Assembly (NCBI RefSeq): GCF_963921235.1
Contig: NC_086103.1
Span: 157,604,001-157,668,000, forward strand
Origin: Mobula hypostoma
Taxonomy: Eukaryota
DNA length: 64,000 nucleotides
Direction of reading: 5' to 3'
The notes under the pieces: model-generated
Seen by the model: only the letters and a program-made list of their open reading frames with translations
Told to the model about the DNA's origin: nothing
Database searches by the model: none
Position numbers and translations under genes: made by a program
Shown here: positions 11,811-25,090 of the stretch, piece after piece
How positions within the stretch are numbered: the first letter of the stretch is position 1
How the letters are laid out: each line of letters opens with the position of its first letter

Positions 11811-13905
11811 TAGGACCAGAATACATAGGAGTAGAATGAGGCCATTCAGTCCATCGAGTCTGCTCTGCCATTCCATCATTGCTCATCCAAGATCCCACTC
11901 AACCCCATACACCCGCCTTCTCGTCATATCCTTTGATGCCCTGACTGATCAGGAAACGATTGCCTTCCACTTTAAATATATGCACAGACTTGGCCTCCAC
12001 CATTGTCTGTGGCAGAGCATTCCTCAGATTTACTACTCCCTGGCTAAAAGATTTCCTCCTTACCTTTGTTCTAAAAGGTCGCCCCTCAATTTTGAGGCTG
12101 TGCTCTCTAGTTCTAGATACCACCACCAGAGGAAACATCCTTTTCACATCCACCTTATCTAGTCCTTTCAACATTCGGTAGGTTTCAATGAGATCCCCCC
12201 GCATTCTTCTAAATTCCAGTGAGTATAGGCCCAAAGCTGCCAAACGCTCCTCATATGTTAACCCCTTCGTTCCTGGAATCATCCTCGTGAACCTCCTCTA
12301 GACTCTCTCCAATGACAATACATCCTTTCTGAGATATGGGGCCCAAAATTATTGGTAATACTCCAAGTGTAGCCCGACTAGTGTCTTACAGAGTCTCAGC
12401 ATTAGCTCCTTGCTTCTATTTTCTATTCCCCTTGAATAAATGCCAACATTGTATTTGCTTCTTTACTACAGATTCAACCTGTAAATTAATCTTCTGGGAG
12501 TTTTGCACAAGGACTCCCAAGTCCCTCTGCACCTCTGATGTTTGAACCTTCGCCCCAAAACATTGACAAGCAATGTGAAAAGTAGTGATCACGATACTGA
12601 CCCTTGAGGAACACCACCAGTCACTGGCGGAAAACAAGAAAAGGCCCCTTTTATTCCCACTCGCTGCCTCCTGCCTGTCTGCCATTCTCTATCCATGCCA
12701 GTATCTTTCCAGTAATGCCATAAAATTTATCTTGTTAAGCATCTCACGTGTGGCACCTTATCAAATGTTTTCTGGAAATCCAAGTAAGTGACATCCACCA
12801 CCTCTCTCCTTTGTCCACTTGGCTTGTTGCTTCCTTGAAAAACTCCTAACAAATTTGTCCAGCAAGATTTTGCTTTACAGAAATCATGCTGCCTTTGACT
12901 TATTTTATCACTAGTCTCCAAGTACCTCGGAACCTCATCCATAATAATTGACTCCCAACACTTTCCCAACCACTGAGATTATGCTAACTGGCCTATAATT
13001 TCCTTTCTTTTGCCTTCCTCCCTTCTTAAAGAGTGGAGTGACATTTGTAATCTTCCAGTCCTCTGGAACCATGCCAGAATTAAGTGATTCTTGAACGATC
13101 ATGACCAATGCATCTGTTTCAGTTTGCCTAGCACTTTACCCTTTGTAATAGCAACTCACTCCTGCTCCGACACTCATGGACCTGTAGCACACCGCTAGTG
13201 TCTTCCACAGTGAAGACAGACGCAAAGTACCCATTAAGCTCATCTGTCATTTCTTTGTCCCCCATTACTACCTCACCACCAGTCCAATATCAACTTTCAC
13301 CTCCCTTTTACTCTTTATAAAGCTGAAAACGCTTCTGGTATCCTGCTTTATATTATTGGCTAATTTGTCCTCATATTTCTTCCTTCCTGCTTCTTATAGC
13401 TTTTTTGGTTGCCTTTTGTTAGATTATAAAAGCTTCCCAATCACTTTTGCTACCTCATATGCCCTTTCTTTGGCATAATCTGACCCTTTGTCACCTCTTT
13501 CTAAAGACGCAATTCCTTCTCGTACCAACCGACCCACACCACTGCCTATGCCTTCCTGCCTATCCTTTTGATACAAAACATCCTTTGGTGTTAAGCTCCT
13601 AACTATGGCCTTCTTTCAGCCTCGACTCGGTGAATACCACAACATCATGCCAACCAATCTCTAATTGCGCCACAAGCTTTGTCTACCTTATTCCAAATGC
13701 TACACACATTTAGATACAGCACCTTCAGTCCTGCATTCTTTATCCTTTTGAATTTTGCCTTTGTGGTACAATTTAACTCTTTGCTCTGTCTGCATTTGTA
13801 CCCAAACATTGGCTTGTCCTTCCTTACATTCATGTAAACCTGTTCGTTCATCCTCTGCTCTATCATACTGTTTCCCATTTCCCTGCCATATTAGTTTAAA
13901 CCCTA
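11811..13905 (-). mobile_element. CR1-type LINE, decayed and internally deleted (end of ORF1 through 3' tail)
   Basis: ORFs contain GFKLIWQG, LKVLYLNVCSIWNK (endonuclease start), YLDFQKTFDKVPH and LYSLEFRRMRGDLIE. Confidence 0.9.
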
Positions 13906-14477
13906 GCCTAATCACAGGACAATTTACAATGACTAATTAACCTACTAAACATTATGTCTTTGAACTGTGGGAGGGAACCAGAGCACCCGGAGGAAACCCA
14001 TGTGGCCACAGGAAAGAACATACGAAGTTTCTTACAGAAGACACCAGGATTGAACTCCCAACAGAGATGTCCCAAGCTGTAATAGCGTCATGCTACTGTG
14101 GCACAATCAGTAAGGATAAGCAACGGCATCTCCTCCACAATTATCCTCATCACCAGTGCCTCACAAGGCTGCGGCTTCAGAACTCTACTTTACTCCCCAT
14201 ACCCCCATTACAGCGTGGTCAGATTCTGCTTGAACTCCATCTATAAGTTTGCAGGTGACACCATCGTAAAGAGCCAGATCTCAAACAACGATGAGATGGA
14301 AAACAGGAAGGAGATACGAAGCCTAGTGGCAAGGTGTCACGACAATATCAATGTCAGGAAAATGAAGGAAATAGTTATTAACTTCAGTGCAGTACAAGCC
14401 TATCTGTATTGATGGTGCTGAGGTGAAAATGGCTGTGAGCTCCTAAGTATAAATTTCACCCAAAATTTGTCCTGGGC

Positions 14478-15087
14478 TGTAAACGTAACTTTGCTGGATG
14501 AAACAACGACAGCACAAAAAGATCGTTACTTATCTTTTCAACCGTTTATTTCTTCGAGCTCAGCCGGCGAATGAACTCGGACCCGACATCAGGGAGAGAC
14601 CCTTTCTCATCCCCCCGGCGGTTCTACAAGTTCACTGCCCGAAGTCAGAATTGTCAGAAGTTATAAGGCCACCGATACAAAAGAACAATCAGTTTGATAA
14701 CTATTCCGGTCAAGTCAATGGACTATTGATACAAAAGTACAATCAATTTGTTAGCCACTCCAGCCACCTTAAATAAAAAGGGAATATCTTATCTGGTTTG
14801 CTGGAGCCACAACTTAATTACAAAGATAAGAACATCCGTCAAATTTGTGCTTTAATTAAGAAAGGAATGTTCTGTCTAATTTCCATCAGGTACTGCATTT
14901 TGTCAAAATCAAAAGGTGTGAAAAGCCCAGAGACATCTGATGTGGATCTGGGCAAACTTTAATTATCTTGCTCCAAAGAAGGCAGCTGTGAGACATTATT
15001 CAAACACACTGCAGTCACAGACATAGCCAGTACTGAATCCATTGTTTACAGGAGTCTGAGAATCCCCCATTCCCTTAAACTTTATCA
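14478..15087 (-). mobile_element. Solo LTR (610 bp) inserted in a Rex1 fragment
   Basis: TG...CA termini with 4-bp flanks GGGC/GGGT. The host Rex1 sequence resumes on both sides, and there is an AATAAA on the minus strand near 14547. Confidence 0.65.
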
Positions 15088-15829
15088 GGGTCAGCAACAT
15101 AGATGCTACAGCCAAGAAACTTCACCAATGCAACTTTAACTATATTCTGTATTCTGTTTTTCTCTTTACTACCTCAATGTATTTATATATGCATGATCTG
15201 TCTGGATGGCATGAAAAACTCTTTTCACTCTGATTCGGTACTTGTAACGATAACAAACTTAACACCAAGGCAAAAGGACTATTAACCGAGGTGTCCATGG
15301 ACCCCAGATTGGGAACCCCTGGCCTTCAGGAAGACAGATAAAGATTTTTTAAAAGATTAGCTTTATTTGTCACATCTACATGGAAACATCAAAGCATATA
15401 GTTCGAGGATCCTGCTGAGGGCAGCCCACAAGTGTTGCCATAGCTTGCCCACAACTCACTAACCCAAACTGGAAAGTAGAACAGACGGAGGAAATCCACA
15501 CAGTCGTGGAGACAATGTACAGACTGGGGTGGGAATCAAACCCCTAGCTGTGATCGCTGGCGCTGAAAAGCAATTGCACTGACCATTAGCAAAGATCAAA
15601 GGTAACCAGCCAGGTTTTCTCCTCATCGGCCTGTGCGCTGCAGAAGGCAGTTCCATCAGTTTGTAATATACTGTGCCGCTGTTAAAACTAATTTTCAATT
15701 TAAGCCCTGTGTATGCAGGCCCATGATAAAAGGGACAAAATATTTTAATTATTGCCTTTGAAAGCCAGAAGTCCAAAGTGGACCAATGCACATCTAGTTT
15801 GAAGACAACAGCTACTGACAATTAACTAA

Positions 15830-17235
15830 ATTACAGATGCTGGAAATCTGAAACAATAGAAAATACTGGAGACACTCAGCAGGCTGGGCAACATCCGAGA
15901 AAGGGAACTCAAAAGAAACTGTTGGAGGAGTTAAGCAGGTCAAGCAGCACCTGTGGAGGCAATCACCTTCTAGTCCCTGTCTCAACCTACCTTCTCATCT
16001 CGTTATACTGGCTGACTTCCCTCTGCACTTCCGGTCCTGTGCGTGATCAATGCTTTGGTTTGAGATCCTGCATCAGGACTGGGAGTGCAGAGGGAAGGCA
16101 GCTGGTACAATTGATGAGCAGCAGGGATGAGTCAGGGACTGGTAGGTGATAGGAGGGATCAGGTGAGACTGAGGAACCAAGGGTGTACTAACCCTAGGGG
16201 TCCACAAGAGGTTCATAAGAATGATGCCAAGAGTGAAAGTGTCAATATATGAGGAGTGTTTGACGTCTCTGGGCTGATGGGTTATAGAGGATGAGAGGCC
16301 TACCTAAAAGATACTAAAAGGCCTGGGACAGAATGGACATGGCAACTCAATGATCTAAGAGCATGGCCTCTGAATAAATTAGTGTCCTTTTAAAATGAGA
16401 TGAGGAGGAAGTTCTTCAGTCAGAGGGTGGTGAATCTGTGGAATTCATTGCCATAGAAGGCAATGCAAGCCAGATCATTACATTTATTAAGGAAGAGATT
16501 GATAGATCCTTGACCGGTAAGAGGTTAAGGTTTACAGGGAGAAGGAAGGAGAATGAGGTTGAAAAACTCAGCCATGACTGAATGGCATTAAAGACTTGAT
16601 GGGCCAAATGGCCTAATTCTATTCTTATATCTTATGGTGGGCAGATGGAGCCAGATGAGGGAGGGGGAGGGGAGATAGACCTGGAAGACGATGTGTAACC
16701 AGGTAAGAAAGAGAAGATAAGCAGATGGAATTGGGTGGGAGAAGAAAGAGGAAGGGTAGGCCAAAGAAGAAGAAACACAGGCAGATAGGTGTGTGGGTGA
16801 GGGGCAAGTAGAATCACATAGGGGAGAATGAAAAAAGTGAACAAGGGTGGACTGGTTGGAGTGAAAAGGGAACACAGGGGTGTGAGTTACCTGAAACTAG
16901 TCCCATTTGCTGACTATCCCTCTCTAATCTGGTTCTAGTTATCAACATTTAGCTTGTCTCATCTCCCCACCCCAAAAAGGCTCCACCTGCCTAACCCCCT
17001 TTCTTGCCCAAATCTGATTTTACTTGTCACTACCAGCTTCTGTCTTTACCCCCACTGCCCACCCTGGCACCATCTGCCCATCATTCCTTCTCTCATCTCA
17101 TCTCTGGTACAGGGTCTTGACCTAAAACATCAGCCATCCATTTGTCTCCACAGAAACTGCTCGGTCTGCCACGTTCTTCCAGCAGTTTTTTTTTCGCGGC
17201 AATTTGCAGCATCTACAGTCCAATGTGTCTCTTGA
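15830..17235. mobile_element. Old Penelope-derived inverted composite interrupted by a CR1 3' fragment (about 16190-16640, plus strand)
   Basis: Terminal-repeat sequence in minus orientation on the left (degenerate hammerhead about 16045-16081) and in plus orientation on the right (about 17100-17235). The CR1 tail ends at 16638. Confidence 0.6.
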
Positions 17236-17479
17236 AAAAAAGGGAGTTAATGTTTAGTGTTAAAACAGGTAAAGAGAGAAAGCAAGTTAGCTTTAGGTCA
17301 CCTTAAACCAGTTTCCTTTCAAAAACTCACCTGTCCAAACTTGCTCGCACAGTATCATAGATCAGAATCAAACCCAGGCCACACATATGAAGCAGCTCTG
17401 TAACAGCGCCTTAGTAATGTGTTGGTAACTGCATATTTCTGATATGTATTATAATGTTGTTAAGTCCCTGATGTTTCTT

Positions 17480-18350
17480 ATGAAAAGACTGAAAATCTGG
17501 CTGAGTGGTGTCATAACAATAACCTCTCACTCAATGCCACCAAGACAGAGACTGTAGTCTTCAGGTGAGGCAAACCAAAGGTCCATTAGCCAGTCCTCAT
17601 CGGAGGATCAGAGGTAGACAACATCAGTGACTTTAAATTCCTGTGTGTCAATATCTCAGAGGACCTGCTCAGGACCCATCATATAAATGTAACTACAAAT
17701 AAAGCACGACAACACCTCTTCTTCCTTTGGAGTCTGCAGAGCGTCGGCACGTCATCGAAAATCTTGGCAAATTTCTATAAATGTGCAGTGGAAAGTGTGC
17801 TGACTGGATATGCTACAGCCTGGTATGGGAACACCAACGCCTCTGAGCTGAAAATCCTACAAAAGGTAGAGGGTTCATCGCAGTACATCACAGGTAAAGC
17901 CCTCCCAACTACTGAGCATATCTACATGAAACATTGTTGCAGGAAAGCAGCATTCATCATCAAAGATCCTCATCGCTCAGGCCATGCTCTTTTCTCACTG
18001 CTGCCATCAGGACTCACACCACCAGGTTAAAGAGTAGTTACCACACCTCAACCATCAGGCTCTTGAACAAAATAGGATAACTACACTCATCTATTGAGAT
18101 AGTCCCACGACCAGTGATCTCACTTGAAGGTCTCTTTATCTTGTTATTTCATACTCTCGTTATTTATTGCTATTTATTTATACTTGCATTTGCACAGTTT
18201 GTTGTCTTCTATGCTTTTACTCTTTCACTGATCTTGCTTACATTTACAGTCCTATAGATTTGCTGAGTCTGCCCACAGGAAAAAGAATCTCAGGGTTGTA
18301 TGTGGTGACATTTAAGTACTCTGTTAATAAATTTTACTTTGAACTTTGAA
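17480..18350 (+). mobile_element. Rex1/Babar-type LINE 3' fragment
   Basis: NFYKCAVESVLTG..TAWYGN and HALFSLLPSG remnants; tail AATAAATTTTACTTTGAACTTTGAA. Confidence 0.8.
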
Positions 18351-18773
18351 TGTTAAAAGTAAGTTGGGTCAAGAGGGAAGAGAGAACAGTGTTTGAATTG
18401 TTTATTGTTGACAGCTATAATCAGACTATAATAAAGTCCACAGCTTTAGTAAACGTTAAGATATTTTGGCTCCTCCACTAGCAACACCATTGTCCCTAGA
18501 TCACCATTCCTTCAGGTTACAGCATCTCACATCCTGACTTTTAGACTGGCATTAAGTTGCCAGTTTCTCTTTACCTACGGCTTTTCCAATGACAAAAAGA
18601 CAGATAGATTTAATCAAAGGTTTTGTTAAGTCGCTAATCGTTTAAAGCTATTTCATCTAATGAAAAATCAAAACTTTGTTTCATCTTGAGGCCAAAACCA
18701 GGCCTAATTCCGCCTGAGGCTCGCGTACACTCGGAGTGGCCGGACCCGACCAACGAAACCCCACTCACTTTAC

Positions 18774-18869
18774 CTTTACGTCGCCATCGTATAAACGGAC
18801 TCCGCGCTGCTGGATCACCAGAGTCTCGTTAATCTCCAGCAGGCCGCTGGCCCACACAAACCGGTCCAT
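18774..18869 (-). CDS. VPS36: VPS36 coding exon 1 ([32 protein letters not shown]; 96 nt)
   Basis: Near identity to the known VPS36 (ESCRT-II) N-terminus. ATG at 18869-18867, donor |gtaaag, CpG-rich context. Confidence 0.97.
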
Positions 18870-19020
18870 AACCGGCCGGCCCGCGGACCCTCCAGGCCCC
18901 GCTCACTTCCGGCTCAAGCGACGCCAGCGACACCACCACCTGCTGACCAGCGGCAGCACCGTCTCCCACTGTAAACGAGCAACCAGTGCATCTTCCTGCG
19001 TTCGCTGCATTCGGTTACAT
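18870..19020 (-). promoter_or_regulatory. VPS36 5'UTR and promoter, CpG-rich
   Basis: Local CpG enrichment, with an ETS/GABP motif CCGGAAGTG on the minus strand at about 18904-18912. Confidence 0.6.
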
Positions 19021-19176
19021 AGCTCTCCCAAATTCTCTTTACTATCTCTGCGGAGAGTTATTCCTTGATTTACGAATTTTCGCTTTTATCACCTTTGGTA
19101 AAAGAGCACTGCAGTGTCTTCATTTCCCAATCTACACCGTCACGGCCCTTGCACCTCATTTTCTCTCCTTTGCCTG

Positions 19177-20401
19177 TAGACAATATAGACAGTAGACAAT
19201 AGGTGCAGGAGTAGGCCATTCGGCCCTTCGAGCTAGCACCGCCATTCACTGTGATCATGGCTGATCATCCACAATCAGTACCCCGTTCCTGCCTTATCCC
19301 CATGAACTTTGATTCCACTATCTTTAAGAGCTCTATCCATCTCTTTCTCGAAAGATCCAGAGAATTGGCCTCCACTGCTTCTGGGGCAGAGCATTCCACA
19401 TATCCACCACTCCCTGGGTGAAAAAGTTTTTCCTCAACTCTGTTCTAAATGGCCTACCCCTTATTCTTAAACTGTGGCCTCTGGTTCTGGACTCACCCAT
19501 CAGCGAGAACATGCTTCCTGCCTGCAGCGTGTCCAATCCCTTAATAATCTTATATGTTCCAATCAGATCCCCTCTCATCCTTCTAAATTCCAGTGTATAC
19601 AAGCCCTGTCGCTCCAATCTTTCAACATATGACAGTCCCGCCATCCCGGGAATTAACCTTGTGAACCTACGCTGCACTCCCTCAATAGCAAGAATGTCCT
19701 CCCTCAAATTTGGAGACCAAAACTGCACACAATACTCCAGGTGTGGTCTCACAGGGGCCCTGCACAGCTGCAGAAGGACCTCTTTGCTCTTATACTCAAT
19801 TCCCCTTGTTATGAAGGCCAGCATGCCATTAGCTTTCTTCACTGCCTGCTGTACCTGCATGCTTGCTTTCAGTGACTGATGTACAAGAACACCTGGATCT
19901 CGTTGTACTTCCCCTTTTCCTAACTTGACTCCATTTAGATAATAATCTGCCTTCCTGTTCTTACCACTAAAGTGGATAACCTCACATTTATCCACATTAA
20001 ACTGCATCTGCCATGCATCTGCCCACTCACCCAACCTGTCTGAGTCACCCTGCATTCTCATAACATCCTCCTCACATTTCACACTGCCACCCAGCTTTGT
20101 GTCATCAGCAAATTTGCTAATGTTACTTTTACTTCCCTCATCTAAATCATTAATATATATTGTAAATAGCTGCGATCCCAGCATTGAACCCTGCGGTAAC
20201 CCACTAGTCACCACCTGCCATTCCGAAAGGGACCTGTTAATCGTTACTCTGTTTCCTGTCAGCCAGCAAATTTTCAATCCATGTCAGTAACCTGCCCCCA
20301 ATACCATGTGCCCTAATTTTGCCCACAATCTCCTATGTGGGACTTTATCAAAGGCTTTCTGAAAGTCCAGGTACACTACATCCACTGGCTCTCCCTTGTC
20401 C
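19177..20401 (-). mobile_element. Relatively young, 5'-truncated CR1 LINE
   Basis: 314-aa open RT fragment 19333-20277 (SGLPQGSMLG, FADDTKLGG, RPHLEYCVQFWSP) and a (TAGACAA)n-type tail at 19177-19202. Confidence 0.93.
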
Positions 20402-21009
20402 AATACTTTCCCTGTAACTGTAATACTGTACTACATTCTGCTTTTCTGTTGTGCGACCTCAATGTATTTATGTATTTAAATAATCTCGATGGATAGCTTG
20501 CAAAATAAGTTTTTCCACTGTATCTTGGTACACTTGACCACAATAAACCATTTCCAATACGCCATTCTGCCAAACATTTTGGTCATGTTATGTTGGCTCC
20601 AGATAAGTGGCGACATTTGTGGGCTGTCCCCACCAGAGTTTTAGGTTTAGGTTGTGTTGGGTGTGAACATAAATGATGCATTTCACTGTATGTTTCAATG
20701 TACGTGTGATAAATAAATCTGAATCTGAATCCATTCACTGTGCATAAGATTAAATCTGTTAATTCATGCTCAGACTTTGATACTAGACAGGCAGATTTTC
20801 CAGAATATTGGATACTATTTTAATAATATTCCAACACCTACTTAATTTGTATTTTTTTTAAACCATGCTATAGTGTGACCTGATGTTTAAAGTGGAGTGC
20901 AGGAAAGAGATCCAAGTTCTAAAGGAACATGGTAAAGAGAACTGGGAATTCCAGGATTTAGACCCAATCATAATGAAGTATTATCAATATATTTCCAAGA
21001 CAGGATCAA

Positions 21010-23735
21010 AGTTCAAGTTCAAAATAAATTTATTATCAAAGTACATATATGTCACCATAGACTACACCGAGATTCATTTTCATGCAGGCATTCATAGTAA
21101 ATAAAAAGAAACACAATAAAATCAATGAAAAACTGCACACAAGACAAATAACAAATATGCAAAAACGACAAACTGTGAAACTACAGAAAGAAAATGATAA
21201 TAACAATAAATAAGCAAAAAATATTGAGAACATGAAATCAAGTGTCTGTGAAAGTATGTCCATAGGTCGTGGGAACAATTCAGTGTTGGGGTGAGTGAAG
21301 TCATCCTTTCTGATTGCTCAGTGGTGATATCTGTCCCCAAACCTGGTGATATGGGTCCTGAGGCTCCTGAACCTCCTTCCTGAAGGCAGCAGTGAGAAGA
21401 GAGCATGGCCTTAGTGGTGGGAGTCCTTGGTGATGGATGCTGCTTTCCTGTGACAGCATTCTGCATAGATTCTCAATGGTGAGGAGGTTTTGTTTCCGTG
21501 ATGGACTGGGCTGTATCCACTACTTTTTGTCAGATTTTCTGTTCAAGGGCTTTGGTGTTTCCATACCAGGCTGTGATGCACTTGGTCAATATACTCTCCA
21601 CTGCACATCTATAGAAGTTTGTCTAAGTTTTAGATGACATGGTGAATTTTTGCAAACTTCTGAGAAAGAAGTGGCGCTGCCATGCTTTCTCTGTAATGTC
21701 ACGTACCCCGTGATGGGTTAAAGAACCAGCAGAGATGGAAAACACTTTGGAGTCCAGTATTGCTTTAATTAATGGTATTTATTAGTAACTACGCAATACA
21801 GTAATATAAATGCAGATAAATATAACAGGTTAGCAATGATTATATGCAAGTAAGTGTGGAAATATAGGAAAACCAAGCTTCTTCAAGTCTAGAGGTAAAT
21901 AGATAAGTCTTACGATGATGAGTAAAGTTCAGTTCAGTTCGTGGTATTGAGTTGAGTAGTGATGGAGGGAGAGAGAGAGAGAGGGAGAGATTTGAGTCTT
22001 CAGGTGAGCTGACACCATCGATCTTCCCGTTGTCCTCCGAAATCCTTTAGAAGTCTGGCTTACCTTTTTTGTATACTTACTCAATAAAAAGATTTAAAAA
22101 GAAAAGAAAGAAGTCACCGACTATGACCACAACAAAGGGGACCGTTTTTCTGTGGTGGAACTATCAACCCAGGCGAGGGTTAGACACACAAATAACTCCC
22201 CACCGGTCACGCTCTTTTCACACTGTGAGAGCCATCCTCCAAAAACCCCTCTTTCTGTGGGCACAACAAAGCTCATTCAGTGTCCAAAACCATGTGTCTG
22301 TCTGTTTATCATCTGACCTTCTATTTATTTCACTGTGCCAAATACTAGCTGTCTATCAAACAGCTCCTCCCCTCTCTCTCTGTAAGAGTCATTTAACAAT
22401 ACTCAGGATCGATCTCAACTCACCCCTTTTCGGGCTATTGAAAATTTAAACCAGGACCTCACTCACTGGTGTCCTTCATTGATTAAATCCATCTTGACTC
22501 TGAGCATGTGTTTCTCTGTGTCTGTAACTGTCCTTGTAAAAAGTAAACACGCTGCAGAGAAACCATAACATCGATTGTCCATCAAATATCACTGCCCTTG
22601 GTCACTATGGCGACCCACGAGCTGCTCAGTGCCCTCTCTCTCCAAACTCAGCAGAAATCCAAAAGTTAGACTCAGTTCTTTCTCGTGCCTTAAAGCGACA
22701 GTCGACAGAAAATATGAACCTTAGGGGTTCATAACACCATCTCAAAGCAGTCTTCACCTCTCTATCTCCTAATAACAAGGTGTGTGATGTTGAACAACTC
22801 TCTCTCTTTTTAAAGGTATAGTCCATAAAAAAAATATGACCCCTAGGGGTACATAAAGGTAATGACACAGGACAGATCTAATGAAATGAGAACAGTGAGG
22901 AATTTAAAGTTGCTGACCCTCTCCACTTCCAATCCTCCAATGAGGACTGGCTCATGGGCGTCTGGTTTACTCCTCCTGAAGTCAATAATCAGCTCCTTGG
23001 TCCTGCTGACATTGAGAGAGAGGCTGTTGTTGTGGCACCACTCAGCCAGATTTTCAATCTCCCTCCTATATGTTGATTCATCACCACCTTTGATTCAACC
23101 AATTATAGTGGTGCATTCAGCAAACTTCAATATGGCATTGCGGCTGTGCTTAGCCACACAGTCATAAGTATAATCTGGTCGAGCAGGGGTCTAAGCACAC
23201 AGCCTTGTGGTGCGCTTATGGTGATGGAGATTGTGGAGGAGATGTTGCAGCAAATCTGAACTGACTGGCATCTGCTAGTGAGGAAATTGAGATCCAGATG
23301 CACAAGGAGGTATTGAGGCCTAGGCCTCGAAGCTTATTGATTAGTTTTGAGGGGATAATAGTATTGAATGCCGAGCTGTAGTCAATGAAGAGCATTCTGA
23401 TGTATGCATCTTCACTGACTGGATGAGTGAAATGGCATCTGCTGCTGTGGCAATAGGCAGATTGGAGTGGATCCAAGTCACTCCTCAAGCAGGAGTTGGT
23501 ATGTTTCATCACTAACCTCTCAAAGCACTTCATCACCGTGGGTGCAAGTGCTACTGGATTGTAGTCACTGAGGCAGGTTACCCCATTCCTCTTGGGCACC
23601 GGTATAATTGTAGCCTGCCTGAAGCAGGTGGGTATTTCAGACTGCCAAGGTGAGAGATTAAAGATCTCAGTGAACACTCCAGCCAGTTGATCAGCCCAGG
23701 CTTTTAGTACTCACCTAGGTACCCCATCTCCACCA
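21010..23735 (-). mobile_element. Rex1/Babar-type LINE, decayed, interrupted by a solo LTR
   Basis: ORF 23216-23677 contains IIPVPK..CLSDYNPVALAPTVMKCFERLV and MLFIDYSSAFNTI. A TTTGAAC-type tail lies near 21010-21030. Confidence 0.85.
21697..22858. mobile_element. Solo LTR (about 1.16 kb)
   Basis: Starts TGTCACGTACCCC and ends GGGGTACATAAAG (an imperfect inverted terminus). GTAA is duplicated at 21693-21696 and 22859-22862, and the Rex1 host is contiguous across the insert. Confidence 0.65.
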
Positions 23736-24379
23736 GATGCTTTTTATGGGTTCACTCCCCCCAGCCCCGAAGGATGATCTGACATTTGCCTCGAGTCTGA
23801 AATCACAGGAAAATCACATAGTGAGCCAGTTGGGAGGGAAATTGTTCCCATGTACTTGTTGCCTTGTCCTTCTTGATGCGAAAGTTGGAGTAGCCTGGAT
23901 GGGGTTAGCAACAGCAGTACTTTGTGGATGATAAGACCACAGCCTCTGCATGCAGAGGACATTAATGTCTAAGCTGGTTGTTCGCAACCAATCAACTGGG
24001 CTTGTTTGAAAATGAACAAACAGCAGATGCTGGAAATTTGAATTGAAACGGCTGCTCTGTCCTGCATTTTATGTGTGTGTGTTGGGGGGGGGCAGTGAGT
24101 GAAATGAAAAAGACATCTTGGACGTACTGGAGTGAATGTGTTCAATCTCTGGTCAGGTCGGTTGTTTTAAAAGCCCAAGGAGAGCTCCAGAAGCAACTGC
24201 TGCGACTGACCCCCTAAATACCTCCAACATTACTCGTTTTATTTCAGATTTCCAGCATCCCCGCTATCTGCAGCCCACATTTTCAACTTTTGAACTCTCT
24301 CTCCTTTCTTTCATTCGTCACTGCCTGATCAGTTTTTCAAAAAAAACCTGCTGTTGCTTTTCAAAAGAGTTGTCTGAGT

Positions 24380-24757
24380 ATCACGTGATGAACATCGCGC
24401 AAAAAATCTCCAACCACAATGAGGATCCTGAATCATTTCATTCAACGTTCAAACTGCGAAGAAGCGGGTTGGCAGAGCTGGCGAATACCCAATGCTGATC
24501 GTTCCTTTTTTCGCAACATCACATTCTATTTCCGAACTCTCTTACATCATTATTCAAATAACAAATAATATCCCAAGGCCATCCATGCGCCTGCGTATTC
24601 TCATGTCAGGGCGAAATCCTTGATTGGTCAGTTTGAGCTCACTCTGGAACGGAATAACCAATCGCCTGTAGGGAGCGAAAAATCAAATCCCGGAGAGCAA
24701 CAAACGGTGGTTCGGATTGACAAGAGACGGAGACGCATTTCGGTATAAAACGGTGAC
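24380..24757 (+). promoter_or_regulatory. CKAP2 promoter and 5'UTR (cell-cycle type)
   Basis: CpG-rich. CCAAT boxes at about 24489, 24623-24627 (reverse) and 24658-24662; an NRF1-like TGCGCCTGCG near 24586; E2F-like CGCGCAAAA and CHR-like TTCAAA motifs. Confidence 0.55.
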
Positions 24758-24818
24758 ATGGCCACCGTCACGAGTAGTCATGTTCTGGGAAAGCCTCGGG
24801 AGCTGATATCTTATCAAG
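24758..24818 (+). CDS. CKAP2: CKAP2 coding exon 1 (MATVTSSHVLGKPRELISYQ; 61 nt)
   Basis: ATG in good Kozak context (GACATGG). Donor AAG|gtagtg is phase 1, matching exon 2. Confidence 0.8.
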
Positions 24819-24999
24819 GTAGTGGCCAATATGTTTTCATATAGTGTCTGGTCGCTCTGTGTCGGTTATAAACTTCTCTGGTCTTTTAAGATCATCGATC
24901 AGCTGATAATATCAATTTCTGTATTTGGGTTGTTGCGGGTTAATACACCTTGTTTCGAAATTCGTAACTTGAATCTTCTTTTTCTCTCTTTCCATGGAG

Positions 25000-25090
25000 A
25001 ACAAAGACGTCAGAAGTTAGAGGAATATATTCAGAGGAAAAAGTACGCGAACAGCGTGGCAGCCCAAGCAAGGAGCCGTTTGGAGAGCAG
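25000..25090 (+). CDS. CKAP2: CKAP2 exon 2 (EQRRQKLEEYIQRKK...; 91 nt)
   Basis: Contains the CKAP2 N-terminal EQRRQKL motif. Polypyrimidine tract with gag| acceptor, and donor CAG|gtgatt. Confidence 0.9.

Noticed and set aside
19333-20277. 314-aa ORF as a domesticated RT gene next to the VPS36 promoter
   Set aside because: It is a 5'-truncated CR1 with frameshifts at both ends and an ordinary tail. The open frame reflects young age.
24744-24750. TATAAAA as the CKAP2 TATA box
   Set aside because: It lies only 8 nt before the ATG, so a TATA-directed start would fall inside the coding exon.
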